Source: Perkinsus chesapeaki ATCC PRA-425 (taxonomy: Eukaryota; Protista; Perkinsozoa). Taken from it: a stretch of DNA of 64,000 nucleotides. A program made the translations under genes and the position numbers. Every line of letters starts with the position of its first letter. Positions within the stretch are counted from its first letter, which is position 1. Below are positions 1-15,000 of this stretch, one piece after another. The stretch is from assembly GCA_013115145.1 (NCBI GenBank), contig JAAPAO010000109.1, positions 10,816 through 74,815 of the forward strand, in the 5' to 3' direction. The notes beneath the pieces are model-generated. The model ran no database searches, had not been told where the DNA came from, and saw nothing but the letters and a program-made list of their open reading frames with translations.

Positions 1-3000
1 AGGCGGGCCTTGCCAAGGACAGAAGCCGTACTGCCGAGAATCGCCCTGGATGCAATCGATGCCCCGCTACCAAGGCGAGCAAATGAACGAATAGACAGAG
101 AGCTTCCGAAACCAGAGAAGTCAAGTATCGACAGGCTACTACCCAAGCGGACGGACGAGACTGCGGAAAGCTGCCCGGCCATCACTGCGGCACCAGCAAC
201 CGAGAGAGAGCTACCCAAACGAGCGAAGCTTCTTAAGGACAACGTGCTTCCAAAGGCGGCGGCATCAACAGCAGAAAGGTAGGAAGTAGAGCCAATACGC
301 GTGAGACCATCGACGGATATGCTGCTACCGATCCTGCAGAATCCTCTCAAGGAAAGCGAGCTGCCCAGGGTGCCCATACTTAAAATAGATGTAGCCGAAC
401 CAAGGCGCGCAACGCCCAAAGCAGAAACAGATGAACCGGTGTTGACTACGCCGACAATCGAAAGGGCACTGCCAAACCTAGCAAAGCTCCGGAGAGACAA
501 TGAGCTTCCCAGCGCAATTGTGTCCAGGGCAGAGAGAGTTGAGCCAATGCGGCTGTAGCCTAGAGCTGAGACATCTGCGCCGATCACTGCACCACTGGTT
601 GCTGAGATTGAGCTACCTAGGCGAGCGAAAGACCGGAGAGAGAGCGTGCTGGCGAAGGACGTTCCGGCCAGTGTAGAAAGAACACTGCCGAACCTAGCTA
701 CTTGTACAGCCGATATACTTCCTGCAATGCGAGCCCCAGACAGAAGAGACACAGAGCTGCCAATGCGAGCGAAAGACCTCAACGATAGGGTACTTCCGAA
801 GGTTGTGGCATCCACCGTTGATAGTGCACTGCCAACGCGCGCATGCGATAAGGACGAGACTTGGCTTCCCAGGCGCACCACTCCGGTAGTAGATACTGAG
901 CTTCCGACTCTGGCGAACGATCGCAGCGATAGTGAGCTGCCAAGATAGATACCGTCCAATGCACTGAGTGACTGAGCAAATGAGGTTCCAGCAGTTATAG
1001 AAGCTGAGCTACCAAGGCGAGCGAAGCTCCTCAAGGAAAGTGCGCTTCCAAAAGTAACTTGATCCAGGGCACTAAGGCGACTGCCGAAGCGAACCGTGCT
1101 AACCGTGGAAAGGGCACTTCCGAAGCAGGCAGCGTTGAGAGCAGACAGAGTGGAACCAGCGTAGACCGCACCAAGAGACGAAGTCAAACCACACACACGC
1201 GCAATAGAGGTAATAGATATACCGCTGCCGAGACGAGCGAAAGATCTCATAGACAGCGAGCTACCATATACAGCAGAGTCTATCACACTCATGCTGTACA
1301 GAGAGCCAATTCGTGTCAAGCCAACAACGGAAAGGCCACTCCCTAGTCGAGCCATACTTCTTAGTGAGAGGGAGCTACCAAGTTGACCGAGACCCAAAGC
1401 TGAAAGCTTCGATCCGACCCTCAGTGTAGCGCGTAGGGACAGTGAACTACCAAAGTGAGCTGCCTGGATAATTGAAAGGCTACCGCCGAGTAGAAGGCTT
1501 GATTTTGCCGAGATACCACTGCCCATGCGTAGATAACTGCGTAAGCTCAAGGAGCTACCAAGTGTCACAAAATCAACTATCGATATCTTGCTTCCTAACC
1601 GACCTTGTGACCGAATTGAGAGAGAGCTCCCGAAGGAAGAAGCACCCAGGGATGAGAGAGCATCACCGAAACTTGCCGAAGACAGAGCCGATAGTGCGCT
1701 CCCGACACGTACGCGCTCGGCTGCAGACAGCGAGGAACCAAGCCGCATACATGACCGGAGTGATAAAGAGCTGCCGAGGTTAGCATAGTCTACAACGGTA
1801 AGTTTACTTCCAAGTCTGGCAAAGTTACGCAAAGACAAAGAACTACCATGGGATGCGCACCCAACAGTAGAAAGGGCGTTACCAAGCCTCGCTATACCAA
1901 GTACAGACATGGCTGAGCCAGTGCGAGTAACACCGGTCACTGATATCGAGCTGCCTAACCTAGCATAACCTCTTATTGAGAGGGAGCTGCCTAGGTTGAC
2001 ACAGTCCACAATACTAGCAACACTACCAAACCGAGCGAAGCTGCGCATAGAGATCGAAGACCCACAGTTGACGAATTCTGCTACAGACAAGCTGCCCCCA
2101 AATTCCAGTTGACCTTGGGCGAAGAGTCTGCTGTAGAGAGATAGGCTGCTACCGAGTCTCGCAAAGGACCTCAAGGATAGTGAGCTAGCTAGGTTGGCTG
2201 TCAGCATGACAGATAGCATACCCGCAACACGACTGCTACCAACAACGGAGACTGAGCTACCGGTCCTTACGAATGATCGCAGAGAAACGGAGCTCGCCAG
2301 AGTGATAGAGTCGCATACAGATACCCCACCGGTACCAAACCTAGACTGGCCATAGACAGAGATAGAACTACCCAGTCTGCCGATCGACCGTAAAGATAAC
2401 GTGCTGGCGAAGGAAGCCGTGCTTATAGTAGATAATGCATAGATCGAACCAAGCCTTGCAAGACCAGTAAGCGACAATCCACTTCCTAGGCGAGCAAAGC
2501 TTCTCAAAGACAAGCTGCTGGCACAGTGGGCCATGTTGACGATGCTTGCACTGTATATCGAGGTAGTGCGGGTGACACCACAAATCGAGACACTGCTGCC
2601 AAATCTAGCAAAGCCTCTCATAGATATGGAACTACCAATGGCGGCCATATCGATCAATGATAGTTTAAAGACGCTACCAATTCTAGCTAGGCCGAGCACC
2701 GATATTCCACTACCCAACCGAGCGGCGTGTCGGAGAGACAAGCAGCTGCTCATTGAACCAAAATCATATACTGATAGGGCGGAACCGAGGTTTCCTAGAA
2801 CCCTCACAGATAAAGAACTCCCTAGAGTAGTAGCACTCAAGACCGATAGGGCACTACCAAGTCGAGCCTTGCCCACGGTAGAGACACCACTGCCGAGGCG
2901 AGCGAACGCGCGCAGCGACAGGGAGCTGCCGAAGGAGGCCGCATCAAAGATAGAGAGCTTTCCACCAAGGCTGGCGAAAGAACGAAGGGACACGGAGCTT

Positions 3001-6000
3001 GATAATTGGACAGCGTTGGACGCCGATATGACTCCACCATGCCAAATCTTAGATGATACTGAGAGGGCACTACCAAGGCGAGCAGCTGCTCTGAGTGACA
3101 TACAGCTGCCAATCATAACATGGTCTAAAATTGACAGGGACGCGCCGAAGCGAGTAGCTGACACAGCGGAAAGCCTCGAGCCAACCCGACAGAAAGCCCT
3201 TACAGACAGGCTACTCGATAGATGAACAAAGTCAAATACCGATAACTTGGATCCACAACGTGAGAAGGCTCTCAGGGATAGGGAACTGCCGAATTGAGCC
3301 TCATCAATAACAGACAACTTGCGTAACGAGCCTAGTCTGGCAAGGCCAAGTACTGATACACCGCTACCAAACCGGGCTACTCCTCTAAGTGAGAGAGTAC
3401 TGCCTAGTGTGACGAAGTCTAGTACGGTTGCAGCAGAGCCTAGTCGAGCAAAGCTTCTTATTGACAGTGTACTACCAAAAGACACCGAGTCCACCACTGA
3501 CAGCTTAGATTGCATATAGGATTTACCATAGACCGATATCGATGATCCAGCAAGGGTACTGGATAATATCGACAGACCAGAGCCAAGCCTTGCAATAGCA
3601 CGAATTGACATGCTACTTCCGAGACCGACCTGGTCGAGTACGGACAATTGGCTACCCAAAGAGCCCCTCGACAGAACAGATATCCTAGAGCCGATCTTGG
3701 AGCTGCAACGTAGTGAGAGACTACTGCCCAAGGTAACATAATCCAACACTGAGAGCTTGGAACCAAGTCGAGCAAAGCTTCTAAGAGATAGAGAACTACC
3801 AAGACCAGCCTCAGCTATAGTGGACACCGAGTAAATAGATCCGGTACGGAGTAACCCAAGCACCGAAACGCTGCTTCCCAACCGGCTGAATGCTCGCAGG
3901 GAGAGGCTACTGCCAAACTCGACCTCCTCGAGAACAGAGAGGCGGCCACCAACTCGCGAAAAGGAGCGAACCGATAACACGCTGCCGAAGTGTGCCTGGT
4001 CCAGCACTGACGTTTTGCTGCCCAACCTAGCAAAACTCCTCAGCGATAGAGAGCTACCGAAATGAGCTTGGCCTATCGTACTGACACGACTACCAAATTG
4101 GGCGGTGCTGAGCGCTGAAACGCTGCTGGCTAGTCGAGCGAAGCTACGCAGCGACAGTGAGCTTCCAAGATTGAGGGATTCAAGCACACTAGCTCGTGAA
4201 CCCAGTCGAGCGAACGACCTTAGAGAGAGTGAGCTACCCATACTGGCCTGAGCCAACACAGATATAGCCGATCCAAGTGCAGCTTTCTGCAGAACAGTAA
4301 CAGCACTGCCCAGTCTGGTAAATGTGCGTAATGACAAACTACTGCCAATGCTCATATTCTCTATAACCGATAGCTTTGAGCCTACTCTAGCAAAGCTTCT
4401 CAGAGAGATGGAGCTACCAAGGGTTGCGTAGCTCACTAGAGACATGTAGGAACCTAGACGTGCTCCATCGAACAGTGAGAGAGCACTTCCCACCCTAAGG
4501 AAAGCTCGTAATGACATTGAGCTGCCTAGGATCGAGGTGTCCAGGACTGACAAACTGGAACCGGATCGGCTGAAAGACCGCAATGATACCGAGCTTCCTA
4601 GAGTAATACGATCTAGGACAGAGAGCGAGGACCCAAGACGTAGCGTCGACAAGAGGGATACTGAGCTCCCCAGTCGGCACGCACTCCTCAACGACAGGCT
4701 ACTTCCGAAAGCTACAAACTCGATGGCTGACAGTGATTTACCGATGCTGGCCTTCCCAAGAGCCGAGAAACCAGAGCCAATACGAGCTATAGATCTCAGG
4801 GATAGAGTGCTGCTGAAGGAAACCATGTCCATAACGCTTAGTCGACTGCTCAATCGCATCCACGAGCGGATAGAAAGCGAGCTGCCGAAGGAGGCGAATC
4901 CGAGAGATGATACAGTGCCACCACACCGACTTAGTGAAAGGGCTGACAAGGCATAGCCGAAGCATCCAGATGTAGAGACCGAAAGGCTGCTACCGAGACG
5001 AGCGAAGCTTCGCAAAGAGAACGAGCTTCCAAGAGTCACAGCACCGTAAGCAGACACCGTATATAGTGAGCCTACCCGAGTTAATCCAGTGACAGAGACT
5101 GTGCTACCAAGCCTTGCAAAGCTTCTGAGCGACAAACTGCTCGAGAGAACACCGCTATCCAGCACAGTGAGGAGGCTTCCCAGGCGGGCGAAGCTCCTCA
5201 ATGACATCGAGCTGCCAAATGAGACTGCAGCAATAGCAGATACGCCGGCGCCGAGCCTACAGGCGGATAGTACTGAGACAGTACTTCCGACTCTCACTAG
5301 TGACCGTACCGACAGTGAGCTGCTCAGAGTGGTAAAGTCGACAGTGCTGAGTGAACTGCCTAGCCTTGTGAAGCTGCGTAGCGAGAGTGAAGTGCCGAGG
5401 ACAGTGGTATCCAACACAGAGAGCCGCTGAGAGAGCCTTGCAGCGCCCAGAACAGAGAATCCACTGCCAAGCCGGGCGAACTGTCTCAGAGATAACGAGC
5501 TTCCGAAGGATGTCGAAGCTATAACAGACAAGGTGTATACCGATCCACAGCGAAGAAGGGAGGCCACGGATAGGCTGCTGCCAAGTCGAGCAAGACTTCG
5601 AACACTGAGAGAGCTACCCAGTGACGACAGGTCCCACAAACTCAGCGGGCTGCCAAGTCGAGTAAAGCTTCTAATGGATAACGAGCTGCCCAATGCTACT
5701 TGGTCGAGGACCGATAATGACCCACCCATCTTAGTAACGCCATACGCAGATACGGTACTGCCGAGTCTAGCTGAGCTTCTCATTGATAGGGAGCTTCCGA
5801 GTAGTACGAAATCTAGTACACTAGACTTGCTGCCAAGACGAGCAAAGCTACGCAGAGAAAGAGTGCTTCCCATCGCAACTTGGTCTAATACCGAGGTCGT
5901 GGAGCCGAGAGAAGTGCGGGCTAGGGTACTTAATGCACTGCCTATCCGGGCAGATCCGCATACAGAGAGAGAGCTACCGAGACGGGCTGCGGACCTCAAT

Positions 6001-9000
6001 GATAGACTGCTCCCACACTCCACAGCGGAAATGACACTTAGCCGATACACTGAGCCCAGCCGAGCCAGACCGAAAGCAGAGATACTGCTGCCGAGCCGGC
6101 AAGCGCCTCGAAGAGAGAGCGTGCTCCCGAGGTTAGTGTAGTCAAGGACCGACATTTTGCTACCCAAACGAGAGAAGCCTCTAAGGGATAGAGAGCTGCC
6201 GAAGGTAGCATCAGCGATCACAGACAAGGCGTAAACAGAGCCAACGCGAGTGAGACCAGTGACCGATAGTGAACTGCCAAGTCTAGCTGCACTTCTCAAG
6301 GAAAGCGAACTACCAAACTGGCCACTTGAGATAACACTGAGGCTATACAAGGAACCGAGTCGAGCCAGTTGGGAGATAGAACATGTGCTTCCTATCCTAA
6401 CAGCTGCTCGAATAGATAAGGCCGATCCGAAAGATGCAAAATTGCAAATACTTGCGCTGCTTGCAAGTCGGGCAAACGACCTCAGAGATAGGCTACTGCC
6501 ATACGATACACTACCTAGTACGCTAGCAGCACCACCTAGGCGAGCATTGCTGAAGACTGATGCTGTGCTGCCCAAACGAGCGAAGGACCGTAACGATAAT
6601 GAGCTGCCGAAACCAGTGTAGGCTATCACCGAGAGTCCGTACATGGAGCCAACACGCGACAGGCCATACACGGATACGCCACTACCGAACCTCGCCACTC
6701 CGCGTAAGGAAAGTGAGCTACCGAGAGCAACCATATCAAGTACCGAAGCTGAGCTTCCGAGTCTTGCAAAGGAGCGAAGAGATAAAGAGCTGCCTAAGGT
6801 AGCTTCAGCAAGAACAGACAGACCACATCCGCAAGGACTGTTAGTATTGCCGAACACCGAGAGGGAACTGCCGAGGCGGACAGCGCTTCTAACAGACAGG
6901 CTACTGCTGAGGGCAGTGAAGCTGAATACTGATAGAACACCACCGAGCCGAGTGAAGCTCCGCAAGGAAAGAGAGCTAGAATATGCCACAGAACCAAGAG
7001 CAGAGAGTGACCCACCCAAGGATGATTTGCTGAATACCGAGAAGGAGCTACCTATCCTCGCAAATGAAGCTAACGAAAGGCTGCTAGCTAGTGACGTGGA
7101 ATCGAATATGGACTGTTTGCTGCCTAGCCGAGCGAAGCTTCTGAGGGAGAGGATGCTTCCAAAAGTGGCTGCGCCAATAGCGGTGAGTGAATCGCCTATT
7201 CTTGTAGAACCAAAGGTCGACACCGCACTGCCAACTCTGGCAAATCCGCGCAGTGACAAGCTACTACCAAGGGAAGTCGAACTAATGACCGATAGCTGAT
7301 ACATAGATCCTACTCTAGCGAGACCTATAACTGATATACCGCTTCCGAACCTTGATAGGCCTCTGACGGATAGTGCACTGCCCAGGTATACACTGTCAAG
7401 CACCGATAAGTCACTGCCGAGGCGCGCAAAGCTTCTTACCGACAGGGAACTGCCCAGATTAACCATCTCGCAGACTGATACAGCGAGCAGCGAGCCGAAC
7501 CTTGTAACTCCAGTAACCGAGAGTGAACTACCGGCCCGAACAACAGCTCTGATAGAAAGGCTGCTACCTAGAGTGGCCAGATCGAATACGCTGACTGAAC
7601 TACCGAGCCTTCCAAAGCTCCGCAGCGAAAGGCTACTTCCGAGGGTAGTAGAGCCGAGGATGGAGTAGGCACCACCAACGAGAGCAGTAGAGTAGGTAGA
7701 GCAAGTACTACCGAAACGCACGACCGAGCGAAGGGAGAGAGAACTGCTCAACGAGACAAAGTCCAAGATGGTTGTCGAGCTCCCTAGTCGGGCAAAGCTT
7801 CTGAGGGACAAGCTACTGCCGAAAGCTGAGCCCTCTAGTATTGAAGCACTAGCGCCAAGTCGAGCGGCCGCAAAGACAGATACATCACTGCCTAGTCTGG
7901 CAAAACTTCTGAGCGATAGAGAGCTTGCGAAGGAGGAACCAGCAATAACCGAGACCATGTAGACCGATCCGACACGCTGTAAGCCTTGAATCGAGACACC
8001 GCTGCCAAACCTGGCGCAACCTCGTAGAGATAAGGAACTACTCAGAGTTACAAAGTCGAGAACGGATACGCTGGACCCGAGCCGAGAGAAGCTTCGTAAT
8101 GACAGAGAACTACCAAGGGAAGCCTCCGAAATGGTGCTGATAGATCCACCAAGACCCATTGCAGCAAGCACGGAGACTGTGCTACCAAGCCGCATAGCAG
8201 AACGGAGCGATAGGCTACTTCCCAATGACGTGTAGTCAAGAACACTGGCGGATTTACCAAGGCGGGCAAATGTGCGAAGTGACAGAGAACTTCCGAATGA
8301 CGCAGCGCCTACGGTCGACAACTTGTCGCCCAGGTGAACCTTGGATAGAGCAGAGAGGCTACTGCCGAATGTCGCCGATGACTTAACAGATACAGAGCTA
8401 GCGATCCTGGCGAAGGATCGTAACGACAAAGCACTGCCAATTGCCATATCAGAGATAACAGACACCTTATAGATGGAGCCAACACGTGCGAGGCCAGTGA
8501 TAGAGATTGCACTGCCGAGGCGAGCAAAACCCCTCAAAGACAGTGAACTGCTGAGCAGAGTAGCTTCGAGAACACTGGTTGAGCTACCGAGGCGAGCAAA
8601 GCTGCGCAATGATAAGCTGCTACCAAACGATGACTGTCCCAAGACACTCAAGCTGCCGCTGATTAAAGCAGACGAACTTGCGGAGAGTGAGCTTCCATGG
8701 CGAAGGACTGCACGTATTGATAACGAGCTGCCAAGCGCTACATAGTCCAAAACTGAGATCTTGGAACCAACCCTTGCGAAGGAACGGAGGGAAAGGCTAC
8801 TGCCTAGATCGCTTTGACCCAGGACACTTACAGAAGAGCCAACGCAGCCACTAGAGAAGATAGAAATTCCGCTTCCGAGTCTAGCAAGAGACCTCACTGA
8901 AAGCGCACTTCCGAGGGTGGTGGATGCAATAGTAGATAGTGCATAGAGGGAGCCCAAGCGCATTAGCCCAGTTATTGAGATACCACTACCATATCTTGCA

Positions 9001-12000
9001 ACTGATCGCAAGGACAGGGAACTGCTTAGAGCTACCGAATCGAAGACCGACACACGACTTCCGAGCCGGCCGAAGCTCCGTAGTGATAGGGAACTTCCGA
9101 GGTAAGACTCGGCAACAACTGACAGAGACTGACCAATCTTCGACAAACCAAAGGTAGAGATCGAACTGCCAAAACGTGCCATGGACCGTACCGATAAGGC
9201 GCTAGCAAGATTCACAGTATCGAGCACGGAGAGTCGCGATCCCAATAGGCCAAAGCTTCGGAGTGATAAGCTGCTGCCTAGCTGTGATTCGGAAAGGACT
9301 GATACTGAGGCACCTGATCTAACGAAGGAAAGTGCTGAGATTGCCGAACCAACGTTAGCAGTTCCACTAATCGACAGGCCACTCCCCAGTCGAGCAAAGG
9401 ACCGCAACGAGAGACTGCTAGCTAGGCATGTGCTGTCGATTACACTAAGCTTGTATACAGAGCCCAACCTAGTAAGGCCCGTAACAGACGCACCACTGCC
9501 GATTCTAGCGAACGACCGTAATGACAACGCACTTCCAAGACTGGCAGTGTCAAATACACTGAGCTTGGAGCCAAGACGACCAAATCCTCTCAAGGAAAGG
9601 GTGCTGCCTATGTGGACATACCCCACACAAGAAGCAAGCGAGATAGATCCAAATCTAGCCACCGAAGCGGTTGAGACAGAACTACCGAGCCGTACTGCGG
9701 ATCTGACCGAAAGGCTGCTTCCGAGAACGGTATAGTCCATGACGGACACTTTGCTACCAAGACGAGCAAAAGACCGCAGAGATAGGGAACTACCGAAGGC
9801 AGCGCGGCCTATAACAGAAGCGGTACTCATGGATCCCAGCGTACCAAGGCCCGCAGCAGAGATACCGCTGCCGATCCTTAAGAAGGAACGGAGAGACAGA
9901 GAGGACCCGCATTGGACGGAATCGAATACAGATAGTTTGCCAGCAAAAGTGCTCTTGTCGCCAGAACCAACCGATAAACTACTTCCAATACGAGCAAAGC
10001 TCCTGCAGGAGAGGCTGCTACCTAATGTTATATGGTCGAATACCGTAGCTGAACTTCCCAACCTTGCAAATGACCGTAAGCTGAGCGAGCTTCCGAGTAC
10101 ATTAGCAGCTATGGCAGAGAGCTTGTAAACAGAACCAACCCTACACAAACCCGTTACGGACAAGCCACTGCCGAGTCGGGAAACGCTACGTAGGGAGAGG
10201 GAGCTGCCGAAGGTTGCCGAGCCCAGGACGCTTGCTGTGGTCGCTAGTCTGGCAAACGACCTCAACGATAATGCGCTACTGAAAGTCGCCGATTCAACGA
10301 CCGAGCAGAGCCCACCTAGTCTTGCGAATGAGCGAAGTGATAGGGTGCTTCCAAAGGATGCCTGGCTTTGCACAGACAAAGAGCTACCTAATCGAGTACC
10401 AAGGAGAGCCGAGAGGGTACTTCCACACCGAGCAGCAGTCCTCAGTGACAGAGAGCTACCCAAAGCGCAGTGGTCGAGTATAGATACGCCGTCACCAATA
10501 CGAGCAAACGAGCGTAGAGAAAGCGAGCTACTGAATGACGAGCACCCTATGGTAGAAAGGGCACTCCCGAGAAGAGAGGCTCCCACAACAGAAGTCGAGC
10601 TGCCTATCCTAGACATGCTTCTTACTGACAGAGAGCTGCCTAAGGATACTTGATCTATGATAGAGAGAGAATAAACAGAACCAACCCTGTAGAGACCAGC
10701 AACAGATAAACCACTGCCGAGACGAGCGAAAGATCGTAAGGACAAGGCGCTGCCGAAAGAGGTGCAGTCGAGAGCGGAGAGACGACCACCAATGCTAGCT
10801 ATGTTACGTATGGAGAGAGTGCTACCCATGTTGACGTAGTCCAACAGTGATAGTGTACCGGCAAAACGTGATCGTTCCGCTATAGACAAACTACTGCCAC
10901 AACGGAGGAAGGTCCTCACTGAAAGGGAGCTGCCAAGAGCCACAAACTCCAATAGGGAGGATCTTGACCCCATTCTAGCAAACCCACGGAGCGAGAGAGA
11001 GCTGCCAAGATGGGAGAAGCTCAGAACGGAAGCGCTTGCACCAAGTCGTGCGGCCGACAAGGCTGAGACAGTACTCCCAAGGCGAGCGACCGACCTTAGT
11101 GATAATGAGCTGCCTAAGGTTGGATAGTCTAGCACTGATAGACTCCCGCCTAGCGCGGATTTTCCGTAGGCCGATACAGCACTACCAAAGCGTGCAAATG
11201 TTCTGAGCGACAAGGCACTCCCGAGAACAGTGCAGTCCAGGCTAGACACAGTACCAGCGAGGCGACTGAAGCTCCGGAGAGAGAGGGAGCTGCCGAAGGC
11301 TATTGAGCCAAGAACAGTAGCAGAGCTACCGAGCATTCCACGGCCAAGCACTGACATGGAGCTGCCCAGTCGAGCAGCAGACCGCAGTGATAAAGAACTG
11401 CCCAGAGTTGCAGAGCCAATTATGCTGATAGTGGTAAGTGAGCCAACCCTTGCTAGACCTGCAACCGATAGGCCACTGCCAAGACGAGAGAAAGCTCTTA
11501 ATGACAATGAACTGCCGAAAGCAGCGGAGTCTAGGACACTAACCTTGCTACCGAACCTGGCAAAGCATCGTAGGGATAGCGAGCTGCCGAAAGCGACGGA
11601 ATCCAACACAGTAAGGCTGCTGCCCACAGTGGAAGCAGCGTACACCGAAGTACTATCTCCAAGCCTGGCGAATCCGCGGATCGATAGTGAACTACCGAAG
11701 TTAGTGTAGTCGAACACGGTAGCACAACTCCCTAGCCTCGCGAATGAACGTAACGATAGCGAGCTACCGAAGTGTGCCTCCTCGAGGACAGACAGAGCAC
11801 TGCCAATCATTCCGCTACCGAAGAGAGAGATACTGCTGCCTAGCTTGGCCACGCCTCTCAGGGATAGCGAGCTGCCTAACGTAACGGAGGCTATAACGGA
11901 TTGAGATGATCCTAGCCTTGTGACACCGTAAAGAGAGGCGGAGCTACCAACGCGTACAAATGACCGCAGGGAGAGGGAGCTTCCCAGTTGAGTGGAATCG

Positions 12001-15000
12001 AAAACGGATACTTTCTGGCCAAGTCTAGCCATATTCCGCACAGATAGTGAACTCCCGAGTGCCACCATATCAATCACTGATGCTTTGTAAACTGAGCCGA
12101 ACCGAACCAGGCCAGTCACCGATAAACCGCTGCCCAACCGAGCAAATCCTCGGAGAGACAGTGAGCTACTGACTGAAGAGTAATCGACCACGGAGAGCGA
12201 TTCACCAAGGGAAGCTGAATATTGTACAGACAGAGAGCTGCCTAAGCGGCCGAAAGACCTTAGAGAGAGGGAGCTAGCAAGCAGGCTACATTCGAGAGCA
12301 CTAACGGAACTCCCTAATCTGCTGAAGCTTCGCAAAGATAGAGAGCTACCAAGGGTGATAGCCCCGATAATGCTTAAAGACGAGCCCACAGCGATGGCAG
12401 AGGCTGTAGAGACTGCGCTACCCACTCGGAAGAATTGTCGTAGGGAGAGAGCACTGCCTAGGTTAACAGCATCTAGGATGGAGATACTGCTTCCTAGTCT
12501 ACCAGTGTTGAACACGGACATTGAGCTGCCCATGCGAGTAACAGCAGCCAATGACAGAGAGCTACCAAGGGTAGTATAGTCGGTAACAGAAAGCTTGCTA
12601 CCCAGACGAGAAAAAGATCTCAGTGATAATGAGCTACTCAGAACATTCATAGCAATCACCGAAAGTTTGTATAGAGAACCAATGCGGGCTAAGCCTTGCA
12701 CTGATATACCACTACCAAACCGGCCAACAGCTCTTAGCGATAAACTGCTTCCAAAGGAGGCCAGATTCAAGGAAGAGATAGCTGACCCAAATCGCCCTGT
12801 TGAGACCAACGAGAGAGCACTGCCGAGCCTCAAAGAGCTCCTCAATGAGAGAGAGCTACCAAGGGAGACGTAGTCTAATACGGACATCTTACTGCTCATT
12901 CTAGCGAAGCTGCGCAAAGACATAGTACTTCCTAAGTTACAGTATTCCACCAGGGATACAGCGCTACCGAACCAGGTCCGCTGAGTTACACTGAGGCCGC
13001 TGCCTAACCTAGCTAAACTTCGGACTGATAGTGAGCTCGAGAGCCTGGTGAAGTCTATAACGCTAGCGGAACTTGCGAGTCGAGCGAAACTCCGGAGAGA
13101 CAAGGCACTGCCGAAGGTTAGAGCCTCAGCAACCGAGAGGGATGATGATAGTCTTGTTGCAGCCAATACTGAGACACCACTACCGAACCGGGCTAGAGAT
13201 CGCAGAGATAATGAGCTGCCAAGCTGAGCATCACCAAGAATACTCAAAGCAGCACCATATCTTGCACCTCCCAGCAGCGATAAAGAACTTCCGATCCTAA
13301 GGAAATTACGCATAGATAACGCACTTCCAAAGTTAGCTCGATCTAATACAGTAGTGTGGTGGCCGATTCTCGCAAACGACTTCAATGATAGTGAACTCGC
13401 TAATGTTACAAAGTCGAGCACCGAAGTCGAACCACACAGCCTCGCGAAGGAACGAAGGGACAATGAGCTGCCGAAGGACGCATGCCCTATAGTACTCAAA
13501 GACGAACCAAGCATGGCACCCCCGACTAATGAGGCCGAACTGCCAACCTTGGCGAAGCACCGCAATGACAAGGAGCTTCCTAACGAGGTGAAGTCTAGTA
13601 CACTTAGAGAGAGGCCAAGGCTTGACATGCCGAATGCAGAGAACCCGCTTCCTGCACGATGATAGCTCCTAACTGATAGGGAACTACTGAATTCAGCAGC
13701 ACCAATAATGGATAAGACCGAGCCCAAACGGAAGCTGCTCCAAGTGGATAAGGAGCTGCCAATCCTACAGAAGCTCCGAAGAGAGAGGCCGCTGCCGAGA
13801 CCAACCTCCGATAGCACAGACAAAGATGCACCGTGAAGAGATTTTAAAGCGACAGACAGTCCAGAGCCAAACCGGCTGACAGCTCGAAGGGATAGACTGC
13901 TGCCAAGGTGGGTACAGCCGAGAGCAGAGAGCTGATTGCCGACACCGAGTTTGGTACCAGCTATAGATAACGAGCTTCCAGCTCTCAACATCGATCGAAG
14001 TGACACAGCTGATCCACAATGTAGGACGTCGAGCGTTGAAATAGAGCTACCCAGTCTTGCCATACCATATAAGGATATCGCGCTGCCTAGCCTCGAGAAG
14101 CAACGTAAGGAAAGTGTGCTTCCGAAGGATGTGGTAGCCAATGCAGTCAGTGTGTTACCAAGACGGCAACGACCGACAACAGAAGCGGAGCTACCAACTC
14201 TAACAAAGTTGCGTAAAGACAGTGAGCTACCTAGCACGGTTTGCTCGATCACGCTCAATGTTTTACCCAATCGCAAGCTCTCTCTGACAGAAAGGGCACT
14301 ACCGAAACGCGCCAAATACCGTAGGGATAGAGAACTACCCAGGTCAGCAAAAGACACCACTGATAGTGAACCACTGAGGCGGGCTAGCGCTACCAAGGAA
14401 AGGGTGCTTCCTAACCTTGCGAATTGACGCAGAGAGACACAGCTACCAATCTGACCCATATCGAGGACTGAGAGTGCTGCCCCGAGGCGTGCGTTGGATA
14501 TAGCTGAGATACTATCTCCTGCTCTGAGGAACGATCGGAGTGATAAGCTGCTGCCAAGCGAGACCATATCGAGACTGCTGAGCGAGCTACCCAGTCTCGT
14601 TACCGACTTCACTGACATAGAGCTTCCAACCCTGGTCATGCTCCGCAGCGACAAAGCTGATCCCAGAGAGGCTGCCCCGAGAGCGCTAAGTGTATCACCG
14701 AGTCTAGCACACTTAAATGATGAGACTGCTGATCCCAGGCGAGAGAAGGAGCGCAGGGATAGGCTGCTGCCGAAATGGGCATAGCCTAGAGCAGAGATGC
14801 TGTCACCTAGGCGCGAAATGCTGGCGACCGACAGTGTACTTCCCAGGCGACAGAAGCTGGCAATTGATACACCATCCTCCATTTCTAGGACACCGCCGAT
14901 AGTGGCTGAGCCTGCCACCTTAAGATCTGTACCCACCGAGAGGGAGCTTCCTAGCCGAGCGAAGGACCTCAGTGATAAAGAGCTACCCAAAGAGCATGCA